Notes: generated by a model not told the origin, from the sequence alone. Positions 16,460-27,027 are shown, counted from the first letter of the stretch. The stretch is DNA of 29,859 bases from Gemmatimonadota bacterium (GCA_039584455.1 JBDGXT010000001.1:1-29859); one strand, 5' to 3'. Numbers and translations are program-made.

Positions 16460-17331
16460 GTCTGCACGCGGATGTCGACCGCCGTCCCTTCCCCCAGGGT
16501 CACGTTGTCGATCAGCCGGGCGCGGCCAAGCTGAGCAGCGACGGCTACGATGCTGTCCACTTGGGGATCCTCGCTGGGGGCGAGCGAGCGCGGATCGACG
16601 ATCTCCAGGTACTCGAGGGCGATTTCCGGGACCGCCTCGATGGGCCCGCGCGCAGCGTCCAGCAGCTTCCTCACGTCTCGCTCCCCCGCGCCAAAGGCCT
16701 GGTGTGCCGCCTCCAGACCACGCGAGAGCGCCGGAGCGACCTGCCGTTCCCCAGGTGACAGGTATGCGTTGCGGGAGCTCATTGCGAGGCCGTCAGCTTC
16801 ACGCACCGTGGGTGCCACGGCGATCTCGGTGGCGACGTCGAGGTCCGCTACCATGCGCCGGATGATGGTCGCCTGCTGCACGTCCTTGCGGCCGAACACC
16901 GCCAGCTGGGGTTGCACGATGTTGAGCAGCTTGAGCACGACGGTCAGCACGCCCTCGAAGTGTCCAGGCCGGCGCGCGCCGCAGAGGTAATCGGCCAGGC
17001 TTCCGGGCGTCACGCGCACCACGGGCGGCGTCGGGTACATGTCTTCGTCACTCGGCACGAAGAGACAGTCCACGCCGCGCACCAACGCTGCTGCCCGGTC
17101 GCGTTCGGGATCCCGCGGGTATCCGGCCAGGTCTTCCTGCGGGCCGAACTGGATGGGATTGACGAAGAGGCTCACGACCACGACATCGGCCAGCCTCCTC
17201 GCGTGATCGATGAGACGGAGGTGTCCCTCGTGGAAGGATCCCATCGTGGGCACGAGTCCCACCACCTGACCGTCGTCACGCCGCGACCGTGACCACGTCT
17301 GCATTCGCCGGAGATCGGCGATCTCGATCAC
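16456..17331 (-). CDS. panC: Pantoate--beta-alanine ligase
   Basis: VPTMGSFHEGHL, SLFVNPIQFGPQED, RPGHFEGV, FGRKDVQQ, READGLAMSSRN and RLIDN. Confidence 0.96.
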   Translation of the reverse strand: MIEIADLRRMQTWSRSRRDDGQVVGLVPTMGSFHEGHLRLIDHARRLADVVVVSLFVNPIQFGPQEDLAGYPRDPERDRAAALVRGVDCLFVPSDEDMYPTPPVVRVTPGSLADYLCGARRPGHFEGVLTVVLKLLNIVQPQLAVFGRKDVQQATIIRRMVADLDVATEIAVAPTVREADGLAMSSRNAYLSPGERQVAPALSRGLEAAHQAFGAGERDVRKLLDAARGPIEAVPEIALEYLEIVDPRSLAPSEDPQVDSIVAVAAQLGRARLIDNVTLGEGTAVDIRVQT

Positions 17332-18143
17332 GCGTCGTAGCTATGCGAGGCGTCGGGATAGCGGCCCGCGCGTACGTCCGCTCCGAACCCCTCGACGGCC
17401 TGCCGCACAGCTGCGGCGAGGTCCGCGTACCGCTTCAGGAACTTCGGCTCGAAGCCCTCATTGAGTCCGAGCATGTCGTGCAGAACGAGGACCTGTCCGT
17501 CGCAGTGTGGACCCGAGCCGATCCCGATCGTCGGTACATCCACCGCTTCGGTGACGCGCTTGGCTACGTCGGACGGCGTCAGCTCGAGCACGATGCTGAA
17601 CACGCCCGCCTCCTGCAGCACGCCGGCATCGGCCACGATCCGTTCCGCCGCTTCATCGTCGCGCCCCTGCACACGGTAGCCGCCTACCTGGTGCACCGAC
17701 TGCGGCGTGAATCCCAAGTGCCCCATCACGGGGATCCCGATGTCGGTCAGCGCACGGATCGTCTCGGCCATGGCCGCGCCCCCCTCGAGCTTCACGCCGT
17801 GGACCCCGGTTTCCTTTAGTACGCGGCCGGCATTGCGCTTGGCGTTCTCGACCGACACCTGATAGCTGAGAAACGGCATGTCCACGATGACGAGCGCGCG
17901 CGTCACGCCGGCGCGCACGATCCGTCCGTGATACAGCATTTGCCCCAACGTCGCCGACAGCGTCGTGTCTTCGCCGCAGAGCACCGTGTTCACCGAGTCA
18001 CCCACGAGCACCACGTCCACACCAGAGGCGTCCAGCAGGGAGGCGAACAGCGCATCGTACGCAGTGAGCATCACGACCTTCTTCCCCTCGCGCTTCATGC
18101 GCGCCAGGTCGAACGTCGTGACGGGCTTGGGGCTAGTCGGCAT
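17328..18143 (-). CDS. panB: 3-methyl-2-oxobutanoate hydroxymethyltransferase
   Basis: MLTAYDA, VLVGDS, DMPFLSY, VKLEGG, MGHLGFTPQS, IGIGSG, DGQVLVLHDMLG. Confidence 0.97.
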   Translation of the reverse strand: MPTSPKPVTTFDLARMKREGKKVVMLTAYDALFASLLDASGVDVVLVGDSVNTVLCGEDTTLSATLGQMLYHGRIVRAGVTRALVIVDMPFLSYQVSVENAKRNAGRVLKETGVHGVKLEGGAAMAETIRALTDIGIPVMGHLGFTPQSVHQVGGYRVQGRDDEAAERIVADAGVLQEAGVFSIVLELTPSDVAKRVTEAVDVPTIGIGSGPHCDGQVLVLHDMLGLNEGFEPKFLKRYADLAAAVRQAVEGFGADVRAGRYPDASHSYDA

Positions 18144-18555
18144 GAGGTTCCAGCTCCGCGAGCTCTCTCTGCCAGAACGGTCGGTTCGGCAGTTCAGGGT
18201 GCGGCAGCGTGAGCGCGGCGTCGCGCACGCTATGGTCTCCGTACCGCACGATGTCGACGTCGAGGGTACGCGGGCCCCAACGCTCCTGCCGTTCGCGACC
18301 GCAGGCGTCCTCGACCTCCTGACAGAGTGTCAGGAGTTCCTGCGGGGTCAATTGCGTCCGCAGCAGGACCATCTGATTGAGAAACGGCCCCTGCGGCACC
18401 GTGCCAAGGGGATCCGTCTCGTCTACCGTGCTCTCTGCGGTGAGCTGCGTGCCGGGGAGCATCGCCAGCCGTTGCCGCGCGAACGCGAGGCACGCGGCCC
18501 GGTCACCTACGTTGGAACCCAGCGCCACGAACGCCCACTCACCCGTTGTCGTCAC
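18133..18555 (-). CDS. folK: 2-amino-4-hydroxy-6-hydroxymethyldihydropteridine pyrophosphokinase
   Basis: AFVALGSNVGDR, FLNQ, RWGPRTLDVDI and LPHP. GTG 18555 has SD GGAG and overlaps the folB end. Confidence 0.93.
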   Translation of the reverse strand: MTTTGEWAFVALGSNVGDRAACLAFARQRLAMLPGTQLTAESTVDETDPLGTVPQGPFLNQMVLLRTQLTPQELLTLCQEVEDACGRERQERWGPRTLDVDIVRYGDHSVRDAALTLPHPELPNRPFWQRELAELEPHAD

Positions 18556-18916
18556 CGGTTCGCTCCAACACCACCTCGACGTAGTCGACCGGACCGCTGA
18601 TGGGAGCGTGTGGCTTGCGGGCCGCCACGCGCACCCGCTCGACCGTAGGTTGCTCAAGCGTGCGCTGCGCAATCATCGCGCAGAGCGCCTCGAGCAGGCG
18701 GTGGTGGCTGGTCCCGACGGTGTCGGCGACAATGGCGTAGAGGTCGCGGTAGTCGAGCAGGTCGCTGGGAGAGTCCGTGCGCCCCACGCTGCGCAACGAG
18801 AGCCAGGCGGTCAGGTCCAGCTCCAGCGGTTGGGGCACGAGCTCCTCGTGCGGCAGCAGACCGACGCACGTGTGAAACCGCATTCCTTTGAGGGAAATAC
18901 AGTCGTTGGTGGTCAC
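18539..18916 (-). CDS. folB: Dihydroneopterin aldolase
   Basis: ISLKGMRFHTCVG..PHE, DY, LLEAL and KPHAPI. Confidence 0.9.
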   Translation of the reverse strand: MTTNDCISLKGMRFHTCVGLLPHEELVPQPLELDLTAWLSLRSVGRTDSPSDLLDYRDLYAIVADTVGTSHHRLLEALCAMIAQRTLEQPTVERVRVAARKPHAPISGPVDYVEVVLERTGDDNG

Positions 18917-18922
18917 GGCGGA

Positions 18923-18951
18923 ATGGTACCGTGAGCCGCGTCTATTCGCCA
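18923..18951 (-). promoter_or_regulatory. Candidate internal leaderless promoter for folB-folK-panB-panC
   Basis: TGGCGA, 17 nt, TACCAT (18928-18923), 6 nt, GTG 18916. No SD. Confidence 0.5.
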
Positions 18952-21020
18952 GTTGCGAACCGGTGCGTGATGTCGGATAGCATGGTCACGATGGATTCCA
19001 GCTCGCGCGTCGCCGCACCGATTTTCTCGACCCCACTGGCGACGACCTCCGCCCGTTCGCCCACCGTGTCGGCATCGCTGCGATTGCGTGACGAGACGTC
19101 CACCACTGTCGCGATCCGCTCGTCCAGCCTTCCCAGCGCGACGTTCTGCCCCTGTGCGACCTCGGCGATTTGCTGGGCGTGGCTCGTGGCGTCGCGGGTG
19201 GCATCCACGATCGCGGCCAGTGCGTCCAGCGCCTCGGCGCTCAGCTTCTCGACGCCGGCCACCGCGACCTCCCCACGGCGCATCTGCTCGACCACTTCGC
19301 CCAGCCGCACCTGCATCTCCTGCAGCAACTCCGCGGCTTCTCTGGCTGCCGCCGCGCTCTGCTCCGCAAGTGTGCGGACCTCCCGTGCCACTTCGGCGAA
19401 CCCTCTGCCGTGAGTCCCCGCTCTCGCCGCCTCGATCGCCGCGTTGAGCGCCAACAGGTTGGTCAGCTCGGCCAGCTCGCGGATCGACGCGAGGAACTTC
19501 ACGATCCCCTGCGCCGACGTCCCCAGGTCGCCTACTTTGCCGGAACTCTCGGAGACGAACGACTTGAGGCCCACGAGCCGGTCCATGGCGTCGCCGATCG
19601 TGCGTCGGTGCTGCTCGGCCACCGCGCTGGCGGTGCCGCTGGCCGACTCGGCCTCCCCACTCTCCCCCACCACCCTCTCCGCGGCCCGGCTCAGCTCCTG
19701 GGCCGCCTCGAGTCCTTCCCGCACAGCCGCGTCCTCCTCCGACAGCCCCCTCCCGATCGCCTCCGTGGATTCGCGCATGACCTGCACCGTGGAGGTGAGA
19801 TCCTCGGTCAGCCCAGCAAGGTCCTCCACCTGCCGGTTAACCCGCCCCACCGTATCGAACAGCGGTGCACGCAGGTCGGTGATGTGCAGTAGGGTGGCGA
19901 TGCGCCGGCCGATCGTCTCTACCAGCACCCGCTGCCACTTGCCGTACGTGCGCGGCTTGTGGTGGTCGAGCTCGAACGTTCCCAGGACTTCGTCCCCAAA
20001 CACCAGAGGCTGAATCACGAGGGAGCGGACCCCGCTCTCTAGATACATGGCACGCGGATCGCGCTCCGTGTCGGTCACGTGCAGGAGCTCTCGGGCGTCG
20101 CACGCTTCCCTGCGCATGTCGTCGTGCTCGCCGGGATGATCGTCGGAGGCCGCGAAGCCCAGGGCGCCGTGATAGGTCAGTTGAAACGACCCACCGGTCC
20201 GCTCGTACACACGGAAGTTGCGCCAGTCGAGGACCTTGTGGGCGTACTCCTCGATTTGCCGGAGCGCGTCGTCCAGCCCGACGTAGCTCGTGATCACGTC
20301 CTCCATGCCCTGGATCTTGTTGAGCTCCTCCGCCTGGATCGCCTCCTGGAGAATGCGCTTCAACAGAAAGGCGGCAGGCACGATCGGGCCGGCCACGAAC
20401 GGCCACGCCAGCGGCGGCATGACCGCAAACGTCAACACCGCCGTCCCCGCCCCGGCCAGTGTGGTCCCGTAGGTGACCACCTCGTAGCGTTGGATGAACA
20501 CCTGCTCCTGGAAGCTGAGCTTTCCGCGCACCGTGAGTGTGTAGTAGAAGAGCGAGCGCGACACAACGAAGTAGCCGGCCGCGAGCGCGGCCAGTGCGAC
20601 CATGCCCTCGGCCGTGAGGGGATCGCTGACCCCCAGCAGGGCCATCGTGCCGGCATAGAAGCCGAACGCCGTTGCCACACTCACGATCTCCCGCGCCGCG
20701 TTGACAGCCGCCGCGCGGTGGTCCTTGCGCAGGATCAACACATCGGTGAGGAACGTGCCGACGGCCGCGGCGAGCGCCGTCAGACCCGGCCCCACCAGCA
20801 GGCCCGCGGAGAGCGTGACGATGCCGACCTGCGACACGTAGGCGTATTTCCCGAGCGGAAACTGGGGGATGCGCAGTGCCACCACCAGCAGCGTGACGAC
20901 GAGCAGTGCCGGAAGCTGCTCGCCCAGCTCCGGAGTGAGGATGCCCCACACGATCAGGGTCCCGCCGACCGCGAGCCCCTGCCCGTAGAGAGCACTCAGC
21001 CGCATCGCGCTCACTCTCAC
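18942..21020 (-). CDS. Chemoreceptor-like protein: polytopic membrane domain, GAF domain and MCP signalling domain (alternative starts 21029, 21005)
   Basis: About 6-8 hydrophobic helices in the first ~225 aa; GAF-like [21 protein letters not shown]...Y; MCP hairpin [46 protein letters not shown] 21020 overlaps the trpA stop. Confidence 0.88.
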   Translation of the reverse strand: MRVSAMRLSALYGQGLAVGGTLIVWGILTPELGEQLPALLVVTLLVVALRIPQFPLGKYAYVSQVGIVTLSAGLLVGPGLTALAAAVGTFLTDVLILRKDHRAAAVNAAREIVSVATAFGFYAGTMALLGVSDPLTAEGMVALAALAAGYFVVSRSLFYYTLTVRGKLSFQEQVFIQRYEVVTYGTTLAGAGTAVLTFAVMPPLAWPFVAGPIVPAAFLLKRILQEAIQAEELNKIQGMEDVITSYVGLDDALRQIEEYAHKVLDWRNFRVYERTGGSFQLTYHGALGFAASDDHPGEHDDMRREACDARELLHVTDTERDPRAMYLESGVRSLVIQPLVFGDEVLGTFELDHHKPRTYGKWQRVLVETIGRRIATLLHITDLRAPLFDTVGRVNRQVEDLAGLTEDLTSTVQVMRESTEAIGRGLSEEDAAVREGLEAAQELSRAAERVVGESGEAESASGTASAVAEQHRRTIGDAMDRLVGLKSFVSESSGKVGDLGTSAQGIVKFLASIRELAELTNLLALNAAIEAARAGTHGRGFAEVAREVRTLAEQSAAAAREAAELLQEMQVRLGEVVEQMRRGEVAVAGVEKLSAEALDALAAIVDATRDATSHAQQIAEVAQGQNVALGRLDERIATVVDVSSRNRSDADTVGERAEVVASGVEKIGAATRELESIVTMLSDITHRFATGE

Positions 21021-21826
21021 GATCGCCACTCTCCTTTCCCCACCTGCACGTCGTCCACCGCCGATCGTAACTCGTCCATCAGGTCTCGTGCCGGCACCAA
21101 CCCCTGCTCCAACCGCTGCACCAGCGTGCTTCCCACCACGACGCCGTCCGCGTAGCGGGCGGCTATGGCCGCCTGTTCCCCCCGGCCGATCCCGAAGCCC
21201 ACGGCCACCGGCAGGGCCGTCGCTTCCCGCACGCGTGCGATGGAGCGCTCCAATGTCTCGTCCATCGGCGTCGGTGCCCCGGTCACACCCAGACGCGAGA
21301 TCAGATACACGAATCCCTCGGCCTGCGCCAGCACCGCCCGCAGTCGGGGCCCCTCCGTGGTGGGAGCGATCAGCGAGATGAGCGCCAGGTCACTGCGGTG
21401 CACGCTGCCCTCCAGCGCCGCATCCTCGCCCGCCGGGAGATCGGTGAGCAGCAGGCCCGCGACACCCGCCGCGGCCGCGTCGGAGAGAAACCGGTCGACT
21501 CCGTACGCCAGAATCGGGTTCAAGTAACCGAACGCGATGACAGGGATCCCGAGCGCGGCCTCCCGCACCAGCTCCAGCACGCCCGCCACCGTCATACCCT
21601 GCCGCAGCGCGACCTGGGTGGACTTCTGGATCACCGGTCCGTCGGCTAGGGGATCCGTGAACGGAATCCCGACCTCCACGAAGTCGGCCCCTGCCTCGGC
21701 CACCATGGTGAGCGCGGCGAGGCTCAGATCGCGCGTGGGGAAACCGGCAGTAAGATAGGGAATCAGGGCGACGCGGCGCGCGGCACGCAGGTGCTCCCAG
21801 CGCGCCCGCACGACGGCATCAGACAA
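21017..21826 (-). CDS. trpA: Tryptophan synthase alpha chain
   Basis: [46 protein letters not shown] and [11 protein letters not shown] start overlaps the HD-GYP stop by 8 nt. Confidence 0.95.
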   Translation of the reverse strand: MSDAVVRARWEHLRAARRVALIPYLTAGFPTRDLSLAALTMVAEAGADFVEVGIPFTDPLADGPVIQKSTQVALRQGMTVAGVLELVREAALGIPVIAFGYLNPILAYGVDRFLSDAAAAGVAGLLLTDLPAGEDAALEGSVHRSDLALISLIAPTTEGPRLRAVLAQAEGFVYLISRLGVTGAPTPMDETLERSIARVREATALPVAVGFGIGRGEQAAIAARYADGVVVGSTLVQRLEQGLVPARDLMDELRSAVDDVQVGKGEWRS

Positions 21827-23303
21827 AGTAGTCGGAGGGGTTGATCTCGTATTTCGCCGGGTCGCTCACCTTGATGACCGACCGGCGGAAGGTGCCGTCC
21901 TGCATGGTATCGGACAGGTCTGCCAGGAAGCCTTCTTCGAGCCGCACGCCCTCCGCACTGATCACCACCCGCACGATCGGCCGGTGCAGTTGCGACGCGT
22001 CGGGGTTGGCGGAGTGCACGACGCCGACTTCGTAGGAATCGAGGATGACACAGGTCCCCACCGGGTACACGCCGGTGAGGTTGATGAGTGCCTTGACCAG
22101 CACCGGATCCTGTCCCCGCCGGGGGTTTTCCCACATCTCCCGCAGTACCTGATCCGGCTGCAACGGCACCGTCTGGTACGAGCGACGCGTGGTGGCGGCA
22201 TCGAAAGCATCGGCTACTGCTACGATCTTGGAGTACACCGAGAGGTTGCGCGGCCGGATGGTCTTGGGATACCCCGTGAGGTCGATCTTCATGTGGTGCT
22301 CGAAGGCCGTGATGATCGCGCGGTACGGGATCTCGCCGTAGCCCCGCAGGCCGAACAAGGTGAGCACGCCGAGCCACGGGTGGGCCTGCATGATGCGCCA
22401 CTCATCGTCGCTCAGCGGCCCTTCCTTGTTGAGCACCTCGATGGGCACCCGGCTCTTCCCGACGTCGTGGAACAGGGCGCACAGCCCGAGATCGTACAGC
22501 TGCAGCTTGGACAGTCCTAGCCGCTTCCCAATCGATACGCTGAAGATCGTGACGTTCACCGAGTGCGTGAAGGTGTACTCGTCGTAGTGCCGGATCGTCG
22601 TGAGACCGATGAGCGACACTTCGTTCTTGAGCACTTGGTCCACGATGCTCTGCACCGCGCGCTTCACCTTCTTGACACTTGCGCTCCGGCCCATCCGCAC
22701 CGAGTTGATGACTTCCTTGGTAACCGCCACCGTCCGCTCGTACGTCCGCTTGGCGACCTCCTTGGCCTTCTCCTCGTCCTCCAGCTCGTCGTCGCTCTCG
22801 GCTGGCGGTGCCACCATGATGTGAGCGACGCCACCCTGGATCAGCTTCTGCTGCAACTCGTACAGCTTGTTGGGTACAGCCTCCTTGGCGGCAAACGCCA
22901 GGAGTAGGGAAATCACGACCTGCCACTCGCGCCGCTCCGCCGAGGCATCGACCTGCAGGGTTCCGACGCCCGCCTGGCGGAACGTCGTCAGGACGTGGCT
23001 GAAGGAGGCGAAGTTGTCCAGATCGAGGCGCAGGCGTGTCGCGTTCACGAAGAGGAACTCAGCGGCTACCCGCACCTCAAGATCCTGCTCGATATCGAGT
23101 ATCCCCTGAGCCCGCTCCAGCAACTCGTCGAGCGAGCGCTGCACCTGCTCATTTTCGACCGGGTACAGCTTGAAGCTGCGCAGCGCGGTGTAGAGGGAGA
23201 TGAGGAAATCCCTCCCGGCCTGCCGCACGAGCTGGTCGGTCGTCTGCATCGTGTCGACGATCGACCGGCGGCTCGCGCGTGATTGGCCTTCGGACTCGTT
23301 CAT
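21819..23303 (-). CDS. HD-GYP phosphodiesterase with an uncharacterised N-terminal domain
   Basis: DEYTFTHSVNV, LFHDVGK, HP, EHHMKIDLTGYP, VADAFDA, and C-terminal GVYPVGT..RP. Confidence 0.88.
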   Translation of the reverse strand: MNESEGQSRASRRSIVDTMQTTDQLVRQAGRDFLISLYTALRSFKLYPVENEQVQRSLDELLERAQGILDIEQDLEVRVAAEFLFVNATRLRLDLDNFASFSHVLTTFRQAGVGTLQVDASAERREWQVVISLLLAFAAKEAVPNKLYELQQKLIQGGVAHIMVAPPAESDDELEDEEKAKEVAKRTYERTVAVTKEVINSVRMGRSASVKKVKRAVQSIVDQVLKNEVSLIGLTTIRHYDEYTFTHSVNVTIFSVSIGKRLGLSKLQLYDLGLCALFHDVGKSRVPIEVLNKEGPLSDDEWRIMQAHPWLGVLTLFGLRGYGEIPYRAIITAFEHHMKIDLTGYPKTIRPRNLSVYSKIVAVADAFDAATTRRSYQTVPLQPDQVLREMWENPRRGQDPVLVKALINLTGVYPVGTCVILDSYEVGVVHSANPDASQLHRPIVRVVISAEGVRLEEGFLADLSDTMQDGTFRRSVIKVSDPAKYEINPSDYFV

Positions 23304-23304
23304 C

Positions 23305-25038
23305 TCACCGCATCTCCCGCAGCGCCTTGGTCACGGCGTTGCGTACCAATGGATCCTTGTCGCTTCCCGCCTTCTCCAACAGCTTGCGGGCTTCTGGGGT
23401 GCCGATCTTGCCGATCGCCATGGCCGCGCAGGCCCGGATCTGTGGATCCTGCTTGCGCCGCATGAACCCCCCAGTTTGGAGCATGGGCTCGAGCGTGGCG
23501 AGTCCGGCGGCACCCGCCAGGGCGCCGTAGGCCTCGAAGAAGACCGTGCGCTCGGTCAAGTCGGCTTCCTTGAGGGACTTGCCGGAGATCGCCGCCTCGA
23601 CAGCCGGGAACGCCCCGCGATACCCCTGGCTAGCCATCACCCGCACGGCCGCGACCCGCACGTCCCGGTCCTGATCCTCGATTGCGCGCTCGAGTTGCTG
23701 CATCGCACCTGCCGATCCGATGGCAGCCAGGGCATCCACCGCCGCGCGCTTCACCTGCGCGCTCCCCTTCATCATGATCGCACCCAGCGGGGGCACGGTG
23801 GGAGCCAGCTTGGCCTGCTTCGCCAACCGGATCGCCTCCAGCAACACGACCTCGTCGGGGTTCTTGAGGGCGTTGGTCATCACCTCTGGGTGGGCCTGGG
23901 CGAGGCGTAGGGCCGCGGCGTCCAGCAGCGACCGCACGCGCTCATTGGTGAGCTTGGGCAGCCACGCCATGACCGCTTCCAGGGCGTCGGGCCGCAGCTC
24001 CCGGAACAACTCGCCCAGCTCCTCCTCCGAGGGGTGCACCGTAGCCTCGTCGAGGGACTGCAGCAGCTGGCCCAGGGCGTCCGGTTCGGACAGCCGGGCC
24101 GGTACGTTCTGCAGGGTGTCGCGGTGCTCCGGAAGCACCTCGCGCGCCCGCTGCATCACGGTGCGGATCTCCCGCAGCACGTATGCGACCGACTTGAAGT
24201 CTCCCACCGCCAACAGGTACGGGATGAAGTTCTCCAGAATCGAGATCAGCTCCGCCCGCACGGTGCTGTAGGTCTGGAGCTCCAGCAGGTCGAACAGCAT
24301 GGAGAGCGTGTTCTCGCGCAGGTCGTGCGAGTACTCGCGGTCGATCTCGTGGCGCAGGTAATTGATCTCTTTGTCGTCCAGGAAGTAGAGCGTGGAGTCG
24401 AAGTCCTCGACCCGCACGATGCCCGGCGGTGGCTCGCCCTCTGCCGTCTCTTGTGAACTGGCAGCTTCCTCGGCGACCGCCTGCTTGACCTCCTCCTCAG
24501 TCTTGGCCGGCGCCGAGCCGTATCCCCACTTGTCCTCCGACGTCGGCGTGTCGGAGGTGATCGTGGGTACCTCGTCCATCGCGAGCTCGACCGCGTGGTA
24601 CTTGATGAACTGGAAATCCTCGTCCCACAGGAGCGTCAGCAGGTCGTCGGCGGACTCGGCCTGCAGGGTCCTGGCCTTGTGGATCACGTTGAGGAAGCGG
24701 ATGACCTCGTCCTCCTCGATACCTGGTGCGAAGCTCAGGCTACGCACCCCGTCTTTGTACAGGACCCACGCGATGCTCTCCGACTTGGTCGGCTGGGCGA
24801 GCACGGTCTCGTCACCGAGCTTCACGTCGGTCTCCGCCACCAACAGGTCCAGCTCGACGAATTCCTCCCAGATCGGATCGAACGCCCGCTTGACGTTCTC
24901 GATCGCTCGCTGGTACACCGGGTTGTTCGGGAGATACAACTGAACGGCACGCAGGCCCTTGACCATCGCCTGCATGAGATGCACGACCGGCGTGGCGTCT
25001 TGGAGCTGTTCCTGGTCTTGCGTTGTCGCGTCGGTCAT
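23305..25038 (-). CDS. HEAT-repeat protein with an N-terminal domain homologous to that of the adjacent HD-GYP protein
   Basis: C-terminal HEAT/PBS-lyase-like repeats ([52 protein letters not shown]). ATGA overlap with trpB; its stop is 1 nt before the HD-GYP ATG. Confidence 0.85.
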   Translation of the reverse strand: MTDATTQDQEQLQDATPVVHLMQAMVKGLRAVQLYLPNNPVYQRAIENVKRAFDPIWEEFVELDLLVAETDVKLGDETVLAQPTKSESIAWVLYKDGVRSLSFAPGIEEDEVIRFLNVIHKARTLQAESADDLLTLLWDEDFQFIKYHAVELAMDEVPTITSDTPTSEDKWGYGSAPAKTEEEVKQAVAEEAASSQETAEGEPPPGIVRVEDFDSTLYFLDDKEINYLRHEIDREYSHDLRENTLSMLFDLLELQTYSTVRAELISILENFIPYLLAVGDFKSVAYVLREIRTVMQRAREVLPEHRDTLQNVPARLSEPDALGQLLQSLDEATVHPSEEELGELFRELRPDALEAVMAWLPKLTNERVRSLLDAAALRLAQAHPEVMTNALKNPDEVVLLEAIRLAKQAKLAPTVPPLGAIMMKGSAQVKRAAVDALAAIGSAGAMQQLERAIEDQDRDVRVAAVRVMASQGYRGAFPAVEAAISGKSLKEADLTERTVFFEAYGALAGAAGLATLEPMLQTGGFMRRKQDPQIRACAAMAIGKIGTPEARKLLEKAGSDKDPLVRNAVTKALREMR

Positions 25039-26228
25039 CCACGCTCCGCCAGGCTGGCTACGTGCTGCACATCCTTATCGCCGCGCCCGCTGAGCGTGAA
25101 GAGCAACACGTCCGATGCTGACCACTGAATCCCAGATTCCAGTACCCACGCCAGGGCGTGCGCGCTCTCCAGGGCCGGCAGAATCCCCTCCATCCGACCG
25201 AGGGTGTAAAACGCCTCCACCGCTTGCCGATCGGTCACCGTGTAATACTGCACTCTCCCGGAATCGCGCAAGTAGGCATGTTCAGGCCCCACACCGGGAT
25301 AGTCCAACCCTGCCGCCACAGAATGGGCTGGCTCCACCTGCCCGTCGGTGTTCTGCAACACATAGCTAAGACAGCCGTGTAGCACACCAGGGCGTCCGGC
25401 CGTGAGCGACGCGGAGTGACGGCCCGTGTCGAGTCCCGAGCCGCCGGCCTCGACCCCCACCAGCTTCACGTCCGCATCCGCCAGGAAGGCGTGGAACATC
25501 CCGATCGAGTTCGACCCACCGCCCACGCACGCCACGACCCAGTGCGGTAGCGCGCCCGTCCGCTCCACCACCTGCTCTCGCGCCTCCCGACCGATCACGC
25601 TCTGGAACTCGCGCACGATGCGCGGGAACGGGTCGGGACCTACGACCGACCCCAGCACGTAGTGCGTCGTGTCGACGTTGGTGACCCAATCCCGCAGCGC
25701 CTCGTTGGTGGCATCCTTGAGGGTGCGGGTGCCGGACCCGACCGGTACCACCTCCGCCCCCATCACCTCCATGCGGAATACATTGAGACGCTGGCGGGCC
25801 ATGTCCTCCTCACCCATGTAGACCACGCACTCCAGCCCGAAGAGCGCGCACGCCGTCGCCGTCGCGACGCCGTGCTGTCCGGCGCCGGTCTCCGCGATGA
25901 TGCGCGGCTTCCCCATGCGACGCGCCAGGAGCACCTGGCCCAGCGTGTTGTTGATCTTGTGCGCCCCAGTATGCGTGAGGTCCTCCCGCTTGAGCAGTAC
26001 ACGGCAGCCGACCTGCTCCGACACACGTGGCGCCTCTGACAGGGGCGTGGGACGCCCCACGTAAGTGCGGAGCAGGCCCTCGAGCTCTTGCTCGAAGGCA
26101 GGATCCGCCCGGGCGTCGTCGTACACCTGTACCAGCTCGTCCAGCGCCGCCATCAGGGTCTCGGGCACGTAGCGGCCGCCGTACGGGCCGAACCGTCCAG
26201 CGGTCGTCTGTTTCAGCGGTTCAGGCAC
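25035..26228 (-). CDS. trpB: Tryptophan synthase beta chain
   Basis: [60 protein letters not shown] and LSGRGDKD. Confidence 0.97.
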   Translation of the reverse strand: MPEPLKQTTAGRFGPYGGRYVPETLMAALDELVQVYDDARADPAFEQELEGLLRTYVGRPTPLSEAPRVSEQVGCRVLLKREDLTHTGAHKINNTLGQVLLARRMGKPRIIAETGAGQHGVATATACALFGLECVVYMGEEDMARQRLNVFRMEVMGAEVVPVGSGTRTLKDATNEALRDWVTNVDTTHYVLGSVVGPDPFPRIVREFQSVIGREAREQVVERTGALPHWVVACVGGGSNSIGMFHAFLADADVKLVGVEAGGSGLDTGRHSASLTAGRPGVLHGCLSYVLQNTDGQVEPAHSVAAGLDYPGVGPEHAYLRDSGRVQYYTVTDRQAVEAFYTLGRMEGILPALESAHALAWVLESGIQWSASDVLLFTLSGRGDKDVQHVASLAERG

Positions 26229-27018
26229 CGGCCCTCCCCACGCGCGCCACCCCGACCAGCTCCCGCACCGCCGCCTCCGGATCCGCAGCGCCGGCCAGCG
26301 CGGTCCCCACCAACACGGCGTCGGCCCCCCACGCGGCTACGCGCTCCACGTCGGCCCGGTGACTCAGGCCGCTCTCGGCTACGACGGCTACGCCGGGCGG
26401 AGCCAGGCGGACCACCCCCTCGATGCGGCCTACGTCCACGCTGAAATCCTCCAGGTTCCGACTATTCACGCCAATGGACTCTCCCTCGACGGACAGCGCT
26501 CGCTCAAGTTCCGCCCCGTCGTGCACCTCCAGGAGACGGCCCAGGCCGAGCTCTCCTGCGGCGGCAGCCAAATCCGCCAGTCGCTCCTGCTCGAGCGCCC
26601 GTACGATGAGCAGCACGGCGCTGGCCCCGGCAGCGCGGGCCTCATACAGCTGCAACACATCCAGCACGAAGTCCTTGCGCAGGACGGGCACCGGTACGGC
26701 CGCTCGCACCTGCTGGAGATCGGCGAGCGAGCCGCCGAAGTGCGCCTCCTCGGTCAGCACCGAGATCGCCTTCGCTCCCCCAGCCGCGTACGCCCGGGCG
26801 TGCGCCGCCGGCTCCAGCCCTGCCGCGATCGCTCCGGCCGACGGCGAGCGGCGCTTCACCTCCCCGATCACCGCCACCTCTCTGCCCGCGAAGGCACCCG
26901 ACCAGGGGGGTGGTGCCTGCGCGGCCAGCGCAGCGCGCTCCAGCGCGCCACGCTGCGGCGCGAGGCCCCGGACCCGCTCTCGAGTCGCGTTCAGAATGGC
27001 ATCCAGCGTCGTCGTCAC
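26221..27018 (-). CDS. trpC: Indole-3-glycerol phosphate synthase
   Basis: [50 protein letters not shown] and AVLVG. Confidence 0.95.
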   Translation of the reverse strand: MTTTLDAILNATRERVRGLAPQRGALERAALAAQAPPPWSGAFAGREVAVIGEVKRRSPSAGAIAAGLEPAAHARAYAAGGAKAISVLTEEAHFGGSLADLQQVRAAVPVPVLRKDFVLDVLQLYEARAAGASAVLLIVRALEQERLADLAAAAGELGLGRLLEVHDGAELERALSVEGESIGVNSRNLEDFSVDVGRIEGVVRLAPPGVAVVAESGLSHRADVERVAAWGADAVLVGTALAGAADPEAAVRELVGVARVGRAGA

Positions 27019-27027
27019 GGTAGCGTG

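Noticed and set aside
19661-19690. cactctcc and purine-run matches inside the MCP, trpB and LytR_C coding regions as heptamer repeat copies
   Set aside because: They are explained by ordinary Gly/Glu/Val codons and show no sustained periodicity.
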